Of a stretch of DNA of 64,000 bases, positions 19,294 through 28,385 are shown in pieces. Both the position numbers and the translations under genes were made by a program. A model generated the notes under the pieces. The model worked only from the letters and a program-made list of their open reading frames with translations, did no database searches and had not been told where the DNA came from. Origin of the DNA: Chloroflexota bacterium (GTDB taxonomy: Bacteria > Chloroflexota > Dehalococcoidia > JACVQG01 > JAHKAY01). The stretch is from assembly GCA_018825785.1 (NCBI GenBank), contig JAHKAY010000029.1, forward strand, positions 4,143 to 68,142, read 5' to 3'. Positions within the stretch are counted from its first letter, which is position 1; every line of letters begins with the position of its first letter.

Positions 19294-20070
19294 CTAGCCC
19301 AGGTAATAGAAGCGGTTGAAGAGGTGTGCCAGGGCCTCCTCCGCCAGGGAGGAGGCGAAACCCCCCAGCAACCTCTCCCGAAGGCTCCTGGGGGGCCTGG
19401 CGTAGGAATATCGGCGGGGGATTTTGGCCATCTCCGCCGCCAGGTCCAGGGCACGCTCCATATCCCCCAGCTCGTCCACCAGGCCCAGCTCCTTGCCCCT
19501 CCTGGCGGTGAACGCCTCCCCGGTCGCCAGCTCCCTCACCCTATCCGGGTCCAGCTTCCTCCCCCGGGCCACCGTCTGGATAAAGTCCTCGTAGTACTCC
19601 AGGACCAGCTCCTGGTCCTTCTGCGCCTCCTCTGCGGTGGGCTCCCGCCAGAAGGCCCCCGCGTCCTTGAGGCGGCCCCCTTTGGCCACGGTGAACTTTA
19701 CCCCCAGCTTCTGGAGGAGTTCGGGCACTACCGGGCGGACGGAGATGACCCCGATGGAGCCCACCAGGGCGGAGGGCAGGGCCACTATCTTGTGGCAGGC
19801 TGAGGCCAGCATATAGGCCCCGGAGGCCCCCATCCCCCGCACAAAGGCCACCAGTGGCTTCTGGGAGGCCAGCCGGGAGGCGGTGGTGAAAAGGTAGTCC
19901 GAGGCGGTAACCAGTCCCCCCGGGGAATCAATCTCCAGGACCACCCCCTTGACCCGCCGGCTTCTCCTCAGCCCCTCCAGCAGGCGGATATAGGTCATCA
20001 GCCGGGGCCCTCCCCCCAGGAGGCCGGTGAACTCCACTACCCCCAGCCGGGGCCTTGCCCAGAAAAACAT
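19294..20070 (-). CDS. sppA: signal peptide peptidase SppA (S49 family, 36K type)
   Basis: 258 aa with the S49 catalytic region (GMGASGAYMLASACHKIVALPSALVGSIGV). SD ggagggagg upstream. Confidence 0.85.
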   Translation of the reverse strand: MFFWARPRLGVVEFTGLLGGGPRLMTYIRLLEGLRRSRRVKGVVLEIDSPGGLVTASDYLFTTASRLASQKPLVAFVRGMGASGAYMLASACHKIVALPSALVGSIGVISVRPVVPELLQKLGVKFTVAKGGRLKDAGAFWREPTAEEAQKDQELVLEYYEDFIQTVARGRKLDPDRVRELATGEAFTARRGKELGLVDELGDMERALDLAAEMAKIPRRYSYARPPRSLRERLLGGFASSLAEEALAHLFNRFYYLG

Positions 20071-20204
20071 GTTCCCTCCCTCCGGGGCATTATAGCCGAA
20101 AATAGAAAAAGACCCCCGGGGCCTTCTTCACCAACTCCCTATCGTGCGTTCACATTCCGTTCACATGGCTCCTCCATAATATCAGGTGAAAGGAGGTAAG
20201 AGGA

Positions 20205-20771
20205 ATGAAAAAGAGATGGTTCATGGTCCTGATGGTGGTGGGGCTCCTGGCCCTGCTGGCCGTCCCGGCGGCGGTCCTGGCCCAAAGCGACGAGGCGACA
20301 GTGGGATACTATCCCGCCTACCGTGGCCTGTGGGACGTGAGCGCCCAGGAACGGGTTGCTCAGCTCCTGGGGATTACCCCCGCGGAGCTCCTGACTCAGC
20401 TGGAGGGTGGGGCCACCCTGAGCGAGCTGGCTGCGGCCAAGGGGGTGCCCACCGAGAGCCTGGTGGCGACCATACTGGCACCCCACAAAGAAATGCTGGA
20501 CATCAAGGTGAAGTATGGCCGCCTGACCCCTGAGCAGGCCCAGCAGGCGCTGGAGACCGTCACCGCGAGGGTGCAGGCGCTGGTGCAGACCAGATTCACC
20601 GCCACCTCCACCTGGGGTCCCGGTACTGGCCCCTACTGCCCCATGATGGGGGGCGGGTACCAGGGTGACCCTAATGCTACCCCCGGCCTCAACGCTCCCG
20701 GCCGTGGCAGGGGCTGGGGCAGGGGTGGTGGCATGATGGGCCGTGGCATGATGGGTGGCTGGGACTGGTAG
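20205..20771 (+). CDS. periplasmic Spy/CpxP/ZraP-family protein with a Gly/Met-rich C-terminal tail
   Basis: Signal peptide, an LTPEQAQQALE (LTxxQ) motif and a ZraP-like tail (GGGYQG ... GGGMMGRGMMGGWDW). SD aaaggagg upstream. Confidence 0.6.
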   Translation: MKKRWFMVLMVVGLLALLAVPAAVLAQSDEATVGYYPAYRGLWDVSAQERVAQLLGITPAELLTQLEGGATLSELAAAKGVPTESLVATILAPHKEMLDIKVKYGRLTPEQAQQALETVTARVQALVQTRFTATSTWGPGTGPYCPMMGGGYQGDPNATPGLNAPGRGRGWGRGGGMMGRGMMGGWDW

Positions 20772-20780
20772 GTTGGCCCG

Positions 20781-20817
20781 GAGGGGCGGGGCAGAACCCC
20801 GCCCCTCTTCTTTTTTG
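20781..20817 (+). terminator. intrinsic terminator after the ZraP-like gene
   Basis: gaggggcgggg-cagaa-ccccgcccctc stem-loop followed by ttcttttttg. Confidence 0.7.
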
Positions 20818-20845
20818 CCTCTCTTCCCTAGGCTATAATGGGGCT

Positions 20846-21541
20846 GTGGCCGGGAAGAGAATACTGGTGGTGGAGGATGAGAGGAAGATTATCGACATCC
20901 TCCGCCTCTATCTGGAAAGGGAGGGCTTTGAGGTCTTCCACGCCCTCACCGCCGGGGAGGCCCGGGAGGCATTTTCACGCCTCAGGCCCGACTTGGTGGT
21001 GCTGGACCTGATCCTCCCCGACGGCGACGGCCTGGAGGTCTGCCGGGCCTTCCGCAAGGATTCTTCAATCCCCATTCTCATGCTCACAGCGCGTGACGAG
21101 GAGGTGGACCGGGTGGTAGGGCTGGAGATAGGGGCCGATGACTATGTGACCAAGCCCTTCAGCCCCCGGGAGGTGGTGGCCCGGGTGAAGGCGGTGCTTA
21201 GAAGGAGCCAGCCCCCCGCTCCTCCCCAGGAAATAAAGGCGGGGGAGCTGGTCCTGGACCTGGACAAGTATGAGGTCCGTTGCCGGGGGCAGGTGGTGGA
21301 GCTTACCTCCACCGAGTTCAGGCTCCTCTCCGTCCTGGCCCAGCACCCGGGGAGGGTCTTCACCCGCATGCAGTTCCTGGACCAGGTCCAGGGGGAGGCC
21401 TTTGAGGGCTACGAACGGACCATTGATGCCCACATCAAGAACCTGCGCCAGAAGCTTTCCCCCCTCGGCTGCCATTGTATTGCCACAGTGAGGGGGGTAG
21501 GCTACAAGCTGGAGGTGGGGGATGCCGCGGCTGGCCCTTAA
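20846..21541 (+). CDS. OmpR-family response regulator
   Basis: REC domain (VVEDE ... DLVVLDLILPDGDG) plus a winged-helix domain. GTG start 6 nt downstream of a TATAAT box. Confidence 0.9.
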   Translation: MAGKRILVVEDERKIIDILRLYLEREGFEVFHALTAGEAREAFSRLRPDLVVLDLILPDGDGLEVCRAFRKDSSIPILMLTARDEEVDRVVGLEIGADDYVTKPFSPREVVARVKAVLRRSQPPAPPQEIKAGELVLDLDKYEVRCRGQVVELTSTEFRLLSVLAQHPGRVFTRMQFLDQVQGEAFEGYERTIDAHIKNLRQKLSPLGCHCIATVRGVGYKLEVGDAAAGP

Positions 21542-22628
21542 GCTGGCAGGGGCCTTTGTCCTGGTGGCGGTGGTGGCGGTGGCCCTGGCCGCCTACCTGG
21601 TGAGCCGTTCCACCCAGGGGGAGTTCGGTCTCTACCTGGAGGATATCGGCCGGATGGGGGAGGGAATGGGGCGGGGGATGATGTGGGGGAGGGGCCCCAT
21701 GATGGGGCTGGGCCAGGAGGAGCAGGCCTTCCTCCAGGGAGTAAACCGCTCCCTGTGGGCGGCGGGGATCCTGGCGGCAGGGGTGGCAGCTTTGCTGGCC
21801 CTCTTCTTCTCCCGATACCTGGCCCAGCCCCTGCGCCGGATGGCAGGGGCGGCGAAGAAAATGGCTGGCGGGGACTTCAGCCAGAGGGTAGAAACAGGCT
21901 CTCGGGACGAGATGGGGGAGCTGGCCCGGGCTATGAATGCCATGGCCGAGGCCCTGGGGAAACAGGAGGAGCTGAGGCGACAGTTTGTGGCCGAGGTGGC
22001 CCACGAGCTCCGCACCCCTCTCACGGTAATCCAGGGAAATATGGAGGCCATGGTGGACGGGGTCCTGCCCCCCACCCCGGAGCACCTCTCCTCCCTCAAC
22101 AGCCAAGTGGTGGTCCTCTCCCGCCTGGTCACCGACCTGCGCACCCTGTCCCTGGCCGATGCCGGCAGGCTGGAGGTCAAGCCCGTCCCCCTGGATATCG
22201 GTGAGGTAGCCGGGCAGGCCCTGGTAGTGGTAGGGCCCCAGGCGGGGGAGAAGGCCATTCGCCTGGAAAGGGACCTCCCCCCGGCCCTGCCCCGGGTGCT
22301 GGCGGACCCTCAGAGGGTGCTCCAGGTCCTGCACAATCTCCTCGCCAACGCTCTGCGCTACACCCCGGCGGGGGGGCGCATACTCTTTGAGGCCAGGCCC
22401 GCCCCCGGCGAGCTGGTCCTCTCCCTTTCCGATACTGGCCCTGGCATCCCGCCGGAGGACATGCCCTACCTCTTCCAGCGCTTTCACGGACACCGTTCCG
22501 GAGGCTCGGGCATTGGCCTGGCGGTGGTGAAGGCCTTGGTGGAGGCCCAGGGGGGGAGGGTCTGGGCGGAGAGCCGGGTGGGACAGGGCAGCACCTTCTA
22601 TTTCACCCTCCCCCTGGCGGCAAAATGA
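21522..22628 (+). CDS. sensor histidine kinase (HAMP-HisKA-HATPase) with a Gly/Met-rich periplasmic loop
   Basis: Two transmembrane helices, HAMP, H-box (EVAHELRTPLT), and N, G1 and G2 boxes. The periplasmic segment is MGEGMGRGMMWGRGPMMGLG. Confidence 0.9.
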   Translation: MPRLALKLAGAFVLVAVVAVALAAYLVSRSTQGEFGLYLEDIGRMGEGMGRGMMWGRGPMMGLGQEEQAFLQGVNRSLWAAGILAAGVAALLALFFSRYLAQPLRRMAGAAKKMAGGDFSQRVETGSRDEMGELARAMNAMAEALGKQEELRRQFVAEVAHELRTPLTVIQGNMEAMVDGVLPPTPEHLSSLNSQVVVLSRLVTDLRTLSLADAGRLEVKPVPLDIGEVAGQALVVVGPQAGEKAIRLERDLPPALPRVLADPQRVLQVLHNLLANALRYTPAGGRILFEARPAPGELVLSLSDTGPGIPPEDMPYLFQRFHGHRSGGSGIGLAVVKALVEAQGGRVWAESRVGQGSTFYFTLPLAAK

Positions 22629-23272
22629 TAAGTCCGGTCTTCATCGCCGCCCTCCCCTATTTTGCAGGGCTAAGGGCCGAGGAGATAGAAGACATCCGCC
22701 GGGCGGTCTTTGAGAGGACCTGTGACCGCAATGAGGTCATCGCCATGGAAGGGGAGCCCTGCCTGGCGGTGTATTTTGTGGCCAGGGGCTCGGTGAAGAT
22801 AGTCAAGACCTCGGTGGACGGGAGGGAACAGGTGCTGAGGGTGATGCGGCACGGCGATTCCTTCAACGATGTCCCCCTCTTTGATGATGGCCCCAACCCC
22901 GCCACCGCCGTGTCCCTGGAGCCCACCATTATATGGGGCATTCCCAAGGAGAAGATGCTGGAGTTCCTGCGCCGTTACCCCAGGGTAGCCGAGAATGTCC
23001 TCCGGGTCTTTTCCCAGCGGCTGAGGCACCTGGTGGCACTGGTGGAGGACCTCTCCTTCCGCCATGTTACCTCCCGCCTTGCCAAGATGCTCCTGGAATA
23101 TGAGGGGGAAGGGGAGCACCGGCTCACCCAGCAGGAGATGGCCGCCCTGGTGGGCACCGCCCGGGAGATGGTGGGGCGGAGCCTGAAAGGCCTGGAGGCC
23201 ATGGGGGCCATAAAGGCAGAAAGAAAGCACATCACAATCCTGAACCGCGGGGTCCTCCAGGAGCTGGTATAG
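22625..23272 (+). CDS. Crp/Fnr family transcriptional regulator
   Basis: cNMP-binding domain plus a C-terminal HTH (QQEMAALVGTAREMVGRSLKGLE). ATGA overlap with the HK gene. Confidence 0.85.
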   Translation: MISPVFIAALPYFAGLRAEEIEDIRRAVFERTCDRNEVIAMEGEPCLAVYFVARGSVKIVKTSVDGREQVLRVMRHGDSFNDVPLFDDGPNPATAVSLEPTIIWGIPKEKMLEFLRRYPRVAENVLRVFSQRLRHLVALVEDLSFRHVTSRLAKMLLEYEGEGEHRLTQQEMAALVGTAREMVGRSLKGLEAMGAIKAERKHITILNRGVLQELV

Positions 23273-23334
23273 GGCGAGACAAAAGTCGCAGACATCTTTA
23301 CTATCCAGACTAGAATAGAAGAGGAGGGAGAGAA

Positions 23335-23568
23335 ATGAGAAGAAATCTCCTCTTGGATGTTTCGCAACGCCCGCCCCGGGAGAGCCAGAGACGTCTCCTG
23401 GACGTCTTTGACCGGGCTATGACGGGGGATAGCATAAAGCTCGTAAGCGACTCTGCTGTCGCACCTATCTGCCAGGTCCTCTATGAGGAAAGGGAAGGCC
23501 AGTTCCTCTGCCATATGCATAAAGAAGCCCCCGGGGAATGGGTCGCCCGGATCATAAAGACCCGCTAG
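23335..23568 (+). CDS. DUF2249-like small protein
   Basis: 77 aa with the pattern LDV..RPP.E....L.VFD....GDSI.LV.D.AVAP.CQ ... EGQF ... EAPGEWVARI, matching the DUF2249 fold typically associated with Crp/Fnr regulators. Confidence 0.5.
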   Translation: MRRNLLLDVSQRPPRESQRRLLDVFDRAMTGDSIKLVSDSAVAPICQVLYEEREGQFLCHMHKEAPGEWVARIIKTR

Positions 23569-23603
23569 CCCCTCCCATCCCCGGCGAGCCAGGGCCCTGG
23601 GCC

Positions 23604-24332
23604 ATGAGCCTCACCGCCATGGTGGTGGGGATAGGGGTTGCAGGAGTTTCATGGGCCGCTCTTTTCTTTGTCCTCTCGGCCCTGTCTCTGTTCCTGCTCC
23701 GGGAGCCCCTGGAGACCCTGGGCAGGGGGAATTTCGGCCGCCGGCAGGGCCTCTGGGGCTTGATATACCTGGGCCTGGCGCTTCTCTTTGCGGTGCCCCT
23801 TCTCCTCTGGGGGCGATGGTTTATCCTGCCGCTGGGGGCTGTCGCCGGCCTTGCCCTCCTGGGGCACATCCTCCTGGTGAGGCACAGGAAGGAGAGGGCC
23901 TGGTGGGGGGAGCTGGTGGGGATTGGGGGGCTGTCCCTGGGGGCCTGGGGTGCCTATTATGCCTCCCTGGGGGTCCTGAATGAGATAGGGGCCTTCCTGG
24001 GGCTGCTGGTCTTCCTTTACCTGGGCTCCAGCGTCTTCTTTGTCAAGATGATGGTGCGCCGCAAGGGGGAGTGCCCCTTAAGGAAGCGCCTGGGGCTGGG
24101 GCGGGATGTCCTCCTCTATCAAGCCCTACTCTGGCCTCTCCTCCTGGGCCTGGGCCTGGGGGGGCTGGTTCCCCTCTGGACCCTGCTGGCCTTCGTCCCC
24201 CTCGCTTTCAAGGTATTCCTGGCCGTCTTTCTCGGGGCGAGGCCTGCGTCTATCCGGGCCCTGGGGAGGCAGGAGGTGGCCTACAGCACCATTTTCGCCG
24301 TTATCCTTGTCCTGGCCTTCCGCCTCTCCTAG
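23604..24332 (+). CDS. YwiC-like family membrane protein
   Basis: About 240 aa, polytopic and very hydrophobic, with a conserved RHRKER-type loop. Chosen start is the ATG at 23604 (MSLTAMVVG). Confidence 0.5.
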   Translation: MSLTAMVVGIGVAGVSWAALFFVLSALSLFLLREPLETLGRGNFGRRQGLWGLIYLGLALLFAVPLLLWGRWFILPLGAVAGLALLGHILLVRHRKERAWWGELVGIGGLSLGAWGAYYASLGVLNEIGAFLGLLVFLYLGSSVFFVKMMVRRKGECPLRKRLGLGRDVLLYQALLWPLLLGLGLGGLVPLWTLLAFVPLAFKVFLAVFLGARPASIRALGRQEVAYSTIFAVILVLAFRLS

Positions 24333-24416
24333 CGGCTTTACAAATTGCCCTATCTGGGCTAAAATTCCCCTTTCAAGAGGGATGCTAGACGGCGGTTTCT
24401 GGATAGGGAGGCAGTG

Positions 24417-25655
24417 ATGAAAAGGGTGGTTATCACCGGTATGGGGTCGGTTACCCCCCTGGGAATAGGCGTGGAGCCTTCCTGGCAGGCCCTGCGGGAG
24501 GGCCGGTCGGGTATCGGGCCGGTAACCTTTTTTGACCCCTCCCCCTTCAAATGTCAGGTTGCTGGGGAGGTCAAAGGCTTCAACCCCCTGGACTTCATGG
24601 ATGAAAAGACATCCCGGCGCATGGACCGCTTTATCCAATTTGCGGTCGCCGCCGCCCGGATGGCGGTGGGGGATTCAGGGCTAAAGATAGATTCCGGCAA
24701 TGAGGACCGGGTGGGGACGGTCATCGGGACCGGTATGGGCACATACCACAGCTTTGAGCAGGCCCATGCCCTGGTGATGCAGGGGGCCCACAGCCAGGTC
24801 TCCCCCTTCTTCATGGTGACCACCTGTCCCAACATGGCGGCAGCGGTAGTGTCCATCCTTTTCCGGGCCCGGGGGCCCCAGCACTGCCCCGTGGAGGCCT
24901 GTTCCACCGGCACCAACGCCCTGGGCCTGGCCTTCCGTCTCATCCAGATAGGGGAGGCCGACGCCTTCATCGCCGGCGGGACCGATGCGGGCATTATGGA
25001 GACTTTCTTCGCCGGGCTGGACGCCACCGGGGCCACTACCAGGAATAATAGAGACCCCCAGCGGGCCAGCCGCCCCTTTGATGCCACCCGGGACGGATTT
25101 GTCAGCTCCGAGGGGGCCGGCATTTTGCTTCTTGAGGAGCTGGGCCATGCCCTAGGAAGGGGGGCAAAAATCTATGCCGAGGTGGTGGGGTGGGGCCACA
25201 ACTGCGATGCCTACCACTACACCTCCCCCTCCCCCGACGGGACGGGGCCCGCCCACTGTATGACGATGGCCCTCAGGGATGCGGGGCTAGGGCCGGAGGA
25301 GGTGGACTACATCAATGCCCACGGCACCTCCACCAAGGCCAACGATGTCTCGGAGACCCGGGCCATAAAAAGGGCCTTTGGAGAACACGCCAAGAAGCTG
25401 GCGGTGAGCTCCAACAAGTCCATGCTGGGCCACATGTGGGGGGCGGCGGGGGCGGTGGAGGCCATCTTCTCTGTCCTCACCATAAGGGAAGGCATCATCC
25501 CCCCCACCATCAACTACCAGCACCCCGACCCCCAGTGCGACCTGGACTATGTCCCCAATATAGCCCGGAAGGCCCCGGTGAGGGTCGCCCTCTCCAACTC
25601 TTTCGGCTTCGGCGGCATCAACGGCTCCATCATCCTCAGGGCCTTTGAGGGATAG
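24417..25655 (+). CDS. fabF: 3-oxoacyl-ACP synthase II
   Basis: KAS II motifs, including the active-site Cys region and the HGTSTKANDV and GHMWGAAGA boxes. SD gggagg upstream. Confidence 0.9.
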   Translation: MKRVVITGMGSVTPLGIGVEPSWQALREGRSGIGPVTFFDPSPFKCQVAGEVKGFNPLDFMDEKTSRRMDRFIQFAVAAARMAVGDSGLKIDSGNEDRVGTVIGTGMGTYHSFEQAHALVMQGAHSQVSPFFMVTTCPNMAAAVVSILFRARGPQHCPVEACSTGTNALGLAFRLIQIGEADAFIAGGTDAGIMETFFAGLDATGATTRNNRDPQRASRPFDATRDGFVSSEGAGILLLEELGHALGRGAKIYAEVVGWGHNCDAYHYTSPSPDGTGPAHCMTMALRDAGLGPEEVDYINAHGTSTKANDVSETRAIKRAFGEHAKKLAVSSNKSMLGHMWGAAGAVEAIFSVLTIREGIIPPTINYQHPDPQCDLDYVPNIARKAPVRVALSNSFGFGGINGSIILRAFEG

Positions 25656-25658
25656 AGA

Positions 25659-26531
25659 CTAGCCCCCCCTTTCCCTCTTGAGGAATTCCTCCACATCTTT
25701 CAGGACATCCTCGGGGTGGAGGGGGGAGGGGGTCTTTTCCCGGCCGTATTCCTTTTCCAGGGTCTCCACGTGGCCCTTCAGCTGCGGGTTCTGGGCCATG
25801 AGTTGGTCCAGGACCCGGCCCAGCTCCTGGGCGGGCCTTTCCAGGTCGGAGAGGTCCAGTTCCAGGTCCAGCATCCCCACCAGCTTGTTCACCAGCGTGA
25901 GGCAGACCTGGGGGTTGGCCACCGATATGTAGTGGGGGACATGGCCCCAGATACTCAGGGCGTCCATGCGCCGGCGGGTGCAGGCCATAAGGAGGGTGGA
26001 ATGGAAGCTGGAGGGGCCCCGGTAGTCCGTGAGCTCAATCCCCAAGCGCCCCAGCCCCTCTTTCAGCCGGGCCCGGTTGACAATCCCTGTTACCCGGGGC
26101 TCTATGGTATGGGGCAGACGGTCAAAGACCGCGCCCAGGGCGATAACCCGGACCACCCGAAAAGCCCGGGCCACTTCCAGAAGGGCCTGGCAGAAGTGGA
26201 GCCAGCGGAGATGGGGCTCGTTCCCCAGGAGGAGGATGAGGTCATGGCCCTTCTTCTTGCCCTTGCAGTGGAAAAACTCATTGGCTGGGAAGCTGAGGGC
26301 TTTGAGCGAGCCTCCCTCCACCACCACCGCGGGGCGCTGGGAGGTGAAGTCGTAGTATTCCTCGGGGCTTATCTCGGCGAAGCGGGTGGCCCGGAGCTTG
26401 TCCTTGAGATAGCCCACTGCCCCCGTGGCCACCTCCCCGGCGTTGGGCCAGCCGGAGAAGCCCGCCACCAGATAAGGTTCCCGGAGCTTGGGGGCCTCGT
26501 AGAGGATGAGGCCCTCTATCTTTTTCCGCAC
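25659..26531 (-). CDS. PAC2 (proteasome assembly chaperone 2-like) family protein
   Basis: 290 aa with an N-terminal LVAGFSGWPNAGEVATGAV motif characteristic of PF09754. Confidence 0.55.
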   Translation of the reverse strand: MRKKIEGLILYEAPKLREPYLVAGFSGWPNAGEVATGAVGYLKDKLRATRFAEISPEEYYDFTSQRPAVVVEGGSLKALSFPANEFFHCKGKKKGHDLILLLGNEPHLRWLHFCQALLEVARAFRVVRVIALGAVFDRLPHTIEPRVTGIVNRARLKEGLGRLGIELTDYRGPSSFHSTLLMACTRRRMDALSIWGHVPHYISVANPQVCLTLVNKLVGMLDLELDLSDLERPAQELGRVLDQLMAQNPQLKGHVETLEKEYGREKTPSPLHPEDVLKDVEEFLKRERGG

Positions 26532-26554
26532 AATATCCCCTCAAGGGCATTATA

Positions 26555-27859
26555 TCACTTTGGCCCTTTCCCTATTCGTCTCTCCCCCAGGGCGGACCCG
26601 GCGGCGGCCAGGGTGGCCTGAATATCCCGGTGGGTGTGGGCCAGGGAAAGGAACCAGGCCTCAAAGGGGGAAGGCGGGAGATATACCCCCTCTCCCAGCA
26701 TCTTCCAGAAGAACCGCCGGTAGGCCTCCCGGTCCGAGGCCAGGGCGGAGGCGTAATCGGTTACCGGCCCTGGGGCGAAGAAAAGCGTGAGGAGGGAGCC
26801 CACCCGGTTCACGCTGCCGGGTATCCCTGCCCTTTTTGCGGCCCCCCCCAGCCCCCTTTCCAGGAGGGAGGCCTTTTTCTCCAGGGCCTCATATACTCCG
26901 GGGCGGGACAGGGCCTTCAGGGTCTCCAGCCCTGCCGCCATGGCCAGGGGGTTCCCGGAGAGGGTCCCCGCCTGGTAAACAGGGCCGGAGGGGGCCAGGA
27001 GCTCCATGATTTCCCCATTCCCCCCGAAGGCCGCTGCGGGGAGCCCGCCCCCGATGACCTTCCCCAGGGTGGTGAGGTCAGGGGCAACGCCGAAGAGGCC
27101 CTGGGCCCCTCCCCACCCCACCCGGAAGCCGGTGATGACCTCATCAAAAATCAGAAGGGCGCCGTAGCGGCGGGTTATCTCCCGGAGGCCCTCCAGGAAG
27201 CCGGGGTGGGGGGGGACCACCCCCATGTTGGCGGCCGCTGGCTCCACAATGACCGCCGCCACCTCCTCCCCCTGCCGGCCGAAGGCGGTGGCGACCGCCT
27301 CCAGGTCATTGTAGGGCAAGACGATGGTGTCCCGGGCCAGGGAGGAGGGGACCCCCGGGCTATCGGGGAGGCCCAGGGTGGCCACCCCTGAACCCGCCCG
27401 GGCAAGAAAGCTATCGCCGTGGCCGTGGTAGCACCCGGCGAACTTGATGACCTTCTCCCTTTTGGTATAGGCCCGCGCCAGCCGCAGGGCAGAAAGGCAG
27501 GCCTCGGTGCCCGAGCTGACAAAGCGGAGCTTCTCAACGGAGGGCAGGGCCGAGCAGATAAGCCGGGCCAGCTCCGTCTCCAGGACGGTGGGAGCGCCGA
27601 AGCTGGTGCCCAGGGAGGCCTGTTTCTTTATTGCCCTTATCACCCCGGGGTGGGCGTGGCCCAGGATAAGGGGGCCCCAGGAGAGGACATAGTCGATATA
27701 CTCGTTGCCGTCCTCGTCCCAGATATGGGAGCCCTTCCCCCTCCTGATGAACAGGGGCTCGCCCCCCACCCCCTTAAAGGCCCTCACCGGGCTGTTCACC
27801 CCCCCCACCAGGTATTCCTGGGCCTGGGCGAAAAGCTGCTGCGACTTTTCGGTCTTCAT
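26555..27859 (-). CDS. hemL: glutamate-1-semialdehyde 2,1-aminomutase
   Basis: 434-aa class-III aminotransferase with N-terminal [19 protein letters not shown]. Its start overlaps the stop of the ArsC-like gene. Confidence 0.95.
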   Translation of the reverse strand: MKTEKSQQLFAQAQEYLVGGVNSPVRAFKGVGGEPLFIRRGKGSHIWDEDGNEYIDYVLSWGPLILGHAHPGVIRAIKKQASLGTSFGAPTVLETELARLICSALPSVEKLRFVSSGTEACLSALRLARAYTKREKVIKFAGCYHGHGDSFLARAGSGVATLGLPDSPGVPSSLARDTIVLPYNDLEAVATAFGRQGEEVAAVIVEPAAANMGVVPPHPGFLEGLREITRRYGALLIFDEVITGFRVGWGGAQGLFGVAPDLTTLGKVIGGGLPAAAFGGNGEIMELLAPSGPVYQAGTLSGNPLAMAAGLETLKALSRPGVYEALEKKASLLERGLGGAAKRAGIPGSVNRVGSLLTLFFAPGPVTDYASALASDREAYRRFFWKMLGEGVYLPPSPFEAWFLSLAHTHRDIQATLAAAGSALGERRIGKGPK

Positions 27860-28314
27860 CCTTTGGCCAGCTTCTCTACCAGCTTGAGGACCTTTTCCTT
27901 AATGATATCCCGGGCCTCCCGGTAAAGGGGCAGATATTTATCATCGTTGGGGCTGAAGGGGTCGGGGATGCCCCAGTGCTCTATCTTCTTCCCAGGCACC
28001 ACCGGACACGCCTCGGCCTCAGTGCACACTGCTACTATGAGGGAAGCCTTGACCAGCATGTCCCCGGTCAGGGGCTTGGGCCGGCCCTGGTGTTCAATCC
28101 CTATCTCCTTCAGGGCTTTCAGGGCCAGGGGGTGGACTTCCTTCCCTGGCTGGGTCCCCGCGGAGACAGCCCTCCAGCCCGGCGGGGCGTAGTGGTTGAA
28201 CAGGGCCTCGGCCATCTGGCTGCGGCAGGTGTTGCCCACACAGATAAAGAGGACTAGTGCTTGCTTGCGGAAATCAGCGAAACGAGATTCTTCGCTATGC
28301 TCAGAATGACACAT
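27856..28314 (-). CDS. low-molecular-weight phosphotyrosine phosphatase family protein (ArsC-like, CX5R motif CVGNTCRS)
   Basis: [20 protein letters not shown]-loop and a downstream Cys pair ([11 protein letters not shown]), as in thioredoxin-coupled ArsC. The N-terminal extension is unusually long. Confidence 0.7.
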   Translation of the reverse strand: MCHSEHSEESRFADFRKQALVLFICVGNTCRSQMAEALFNHYAPPGWRAVSAGTQPGKEVHPLALKALKEIGIEHQGRPKPLTGDMLVKASLIVAVCTEAEACPVVPGKKIEHWGIPDPFSPNDDKYLPLYREARDIIKEKVLKLVEKLAKG

Positions 28315-28385
28315 CTATGTTGTCACCCTGAGCGAAGCGAAGGGTCTCTGCTCACTTTTGTGACGGGAATTATTGTAACTAAGCA

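Noticed and set aside
28300-28320. Perfect palindrome tgacacatctatgttgtca at the ArsC-like start
   Set aside because: On checking, the arms are not exact reverse complements (tgacaca vs tgttgtca). It is an imperfect inverted repeat, possibly by chance.
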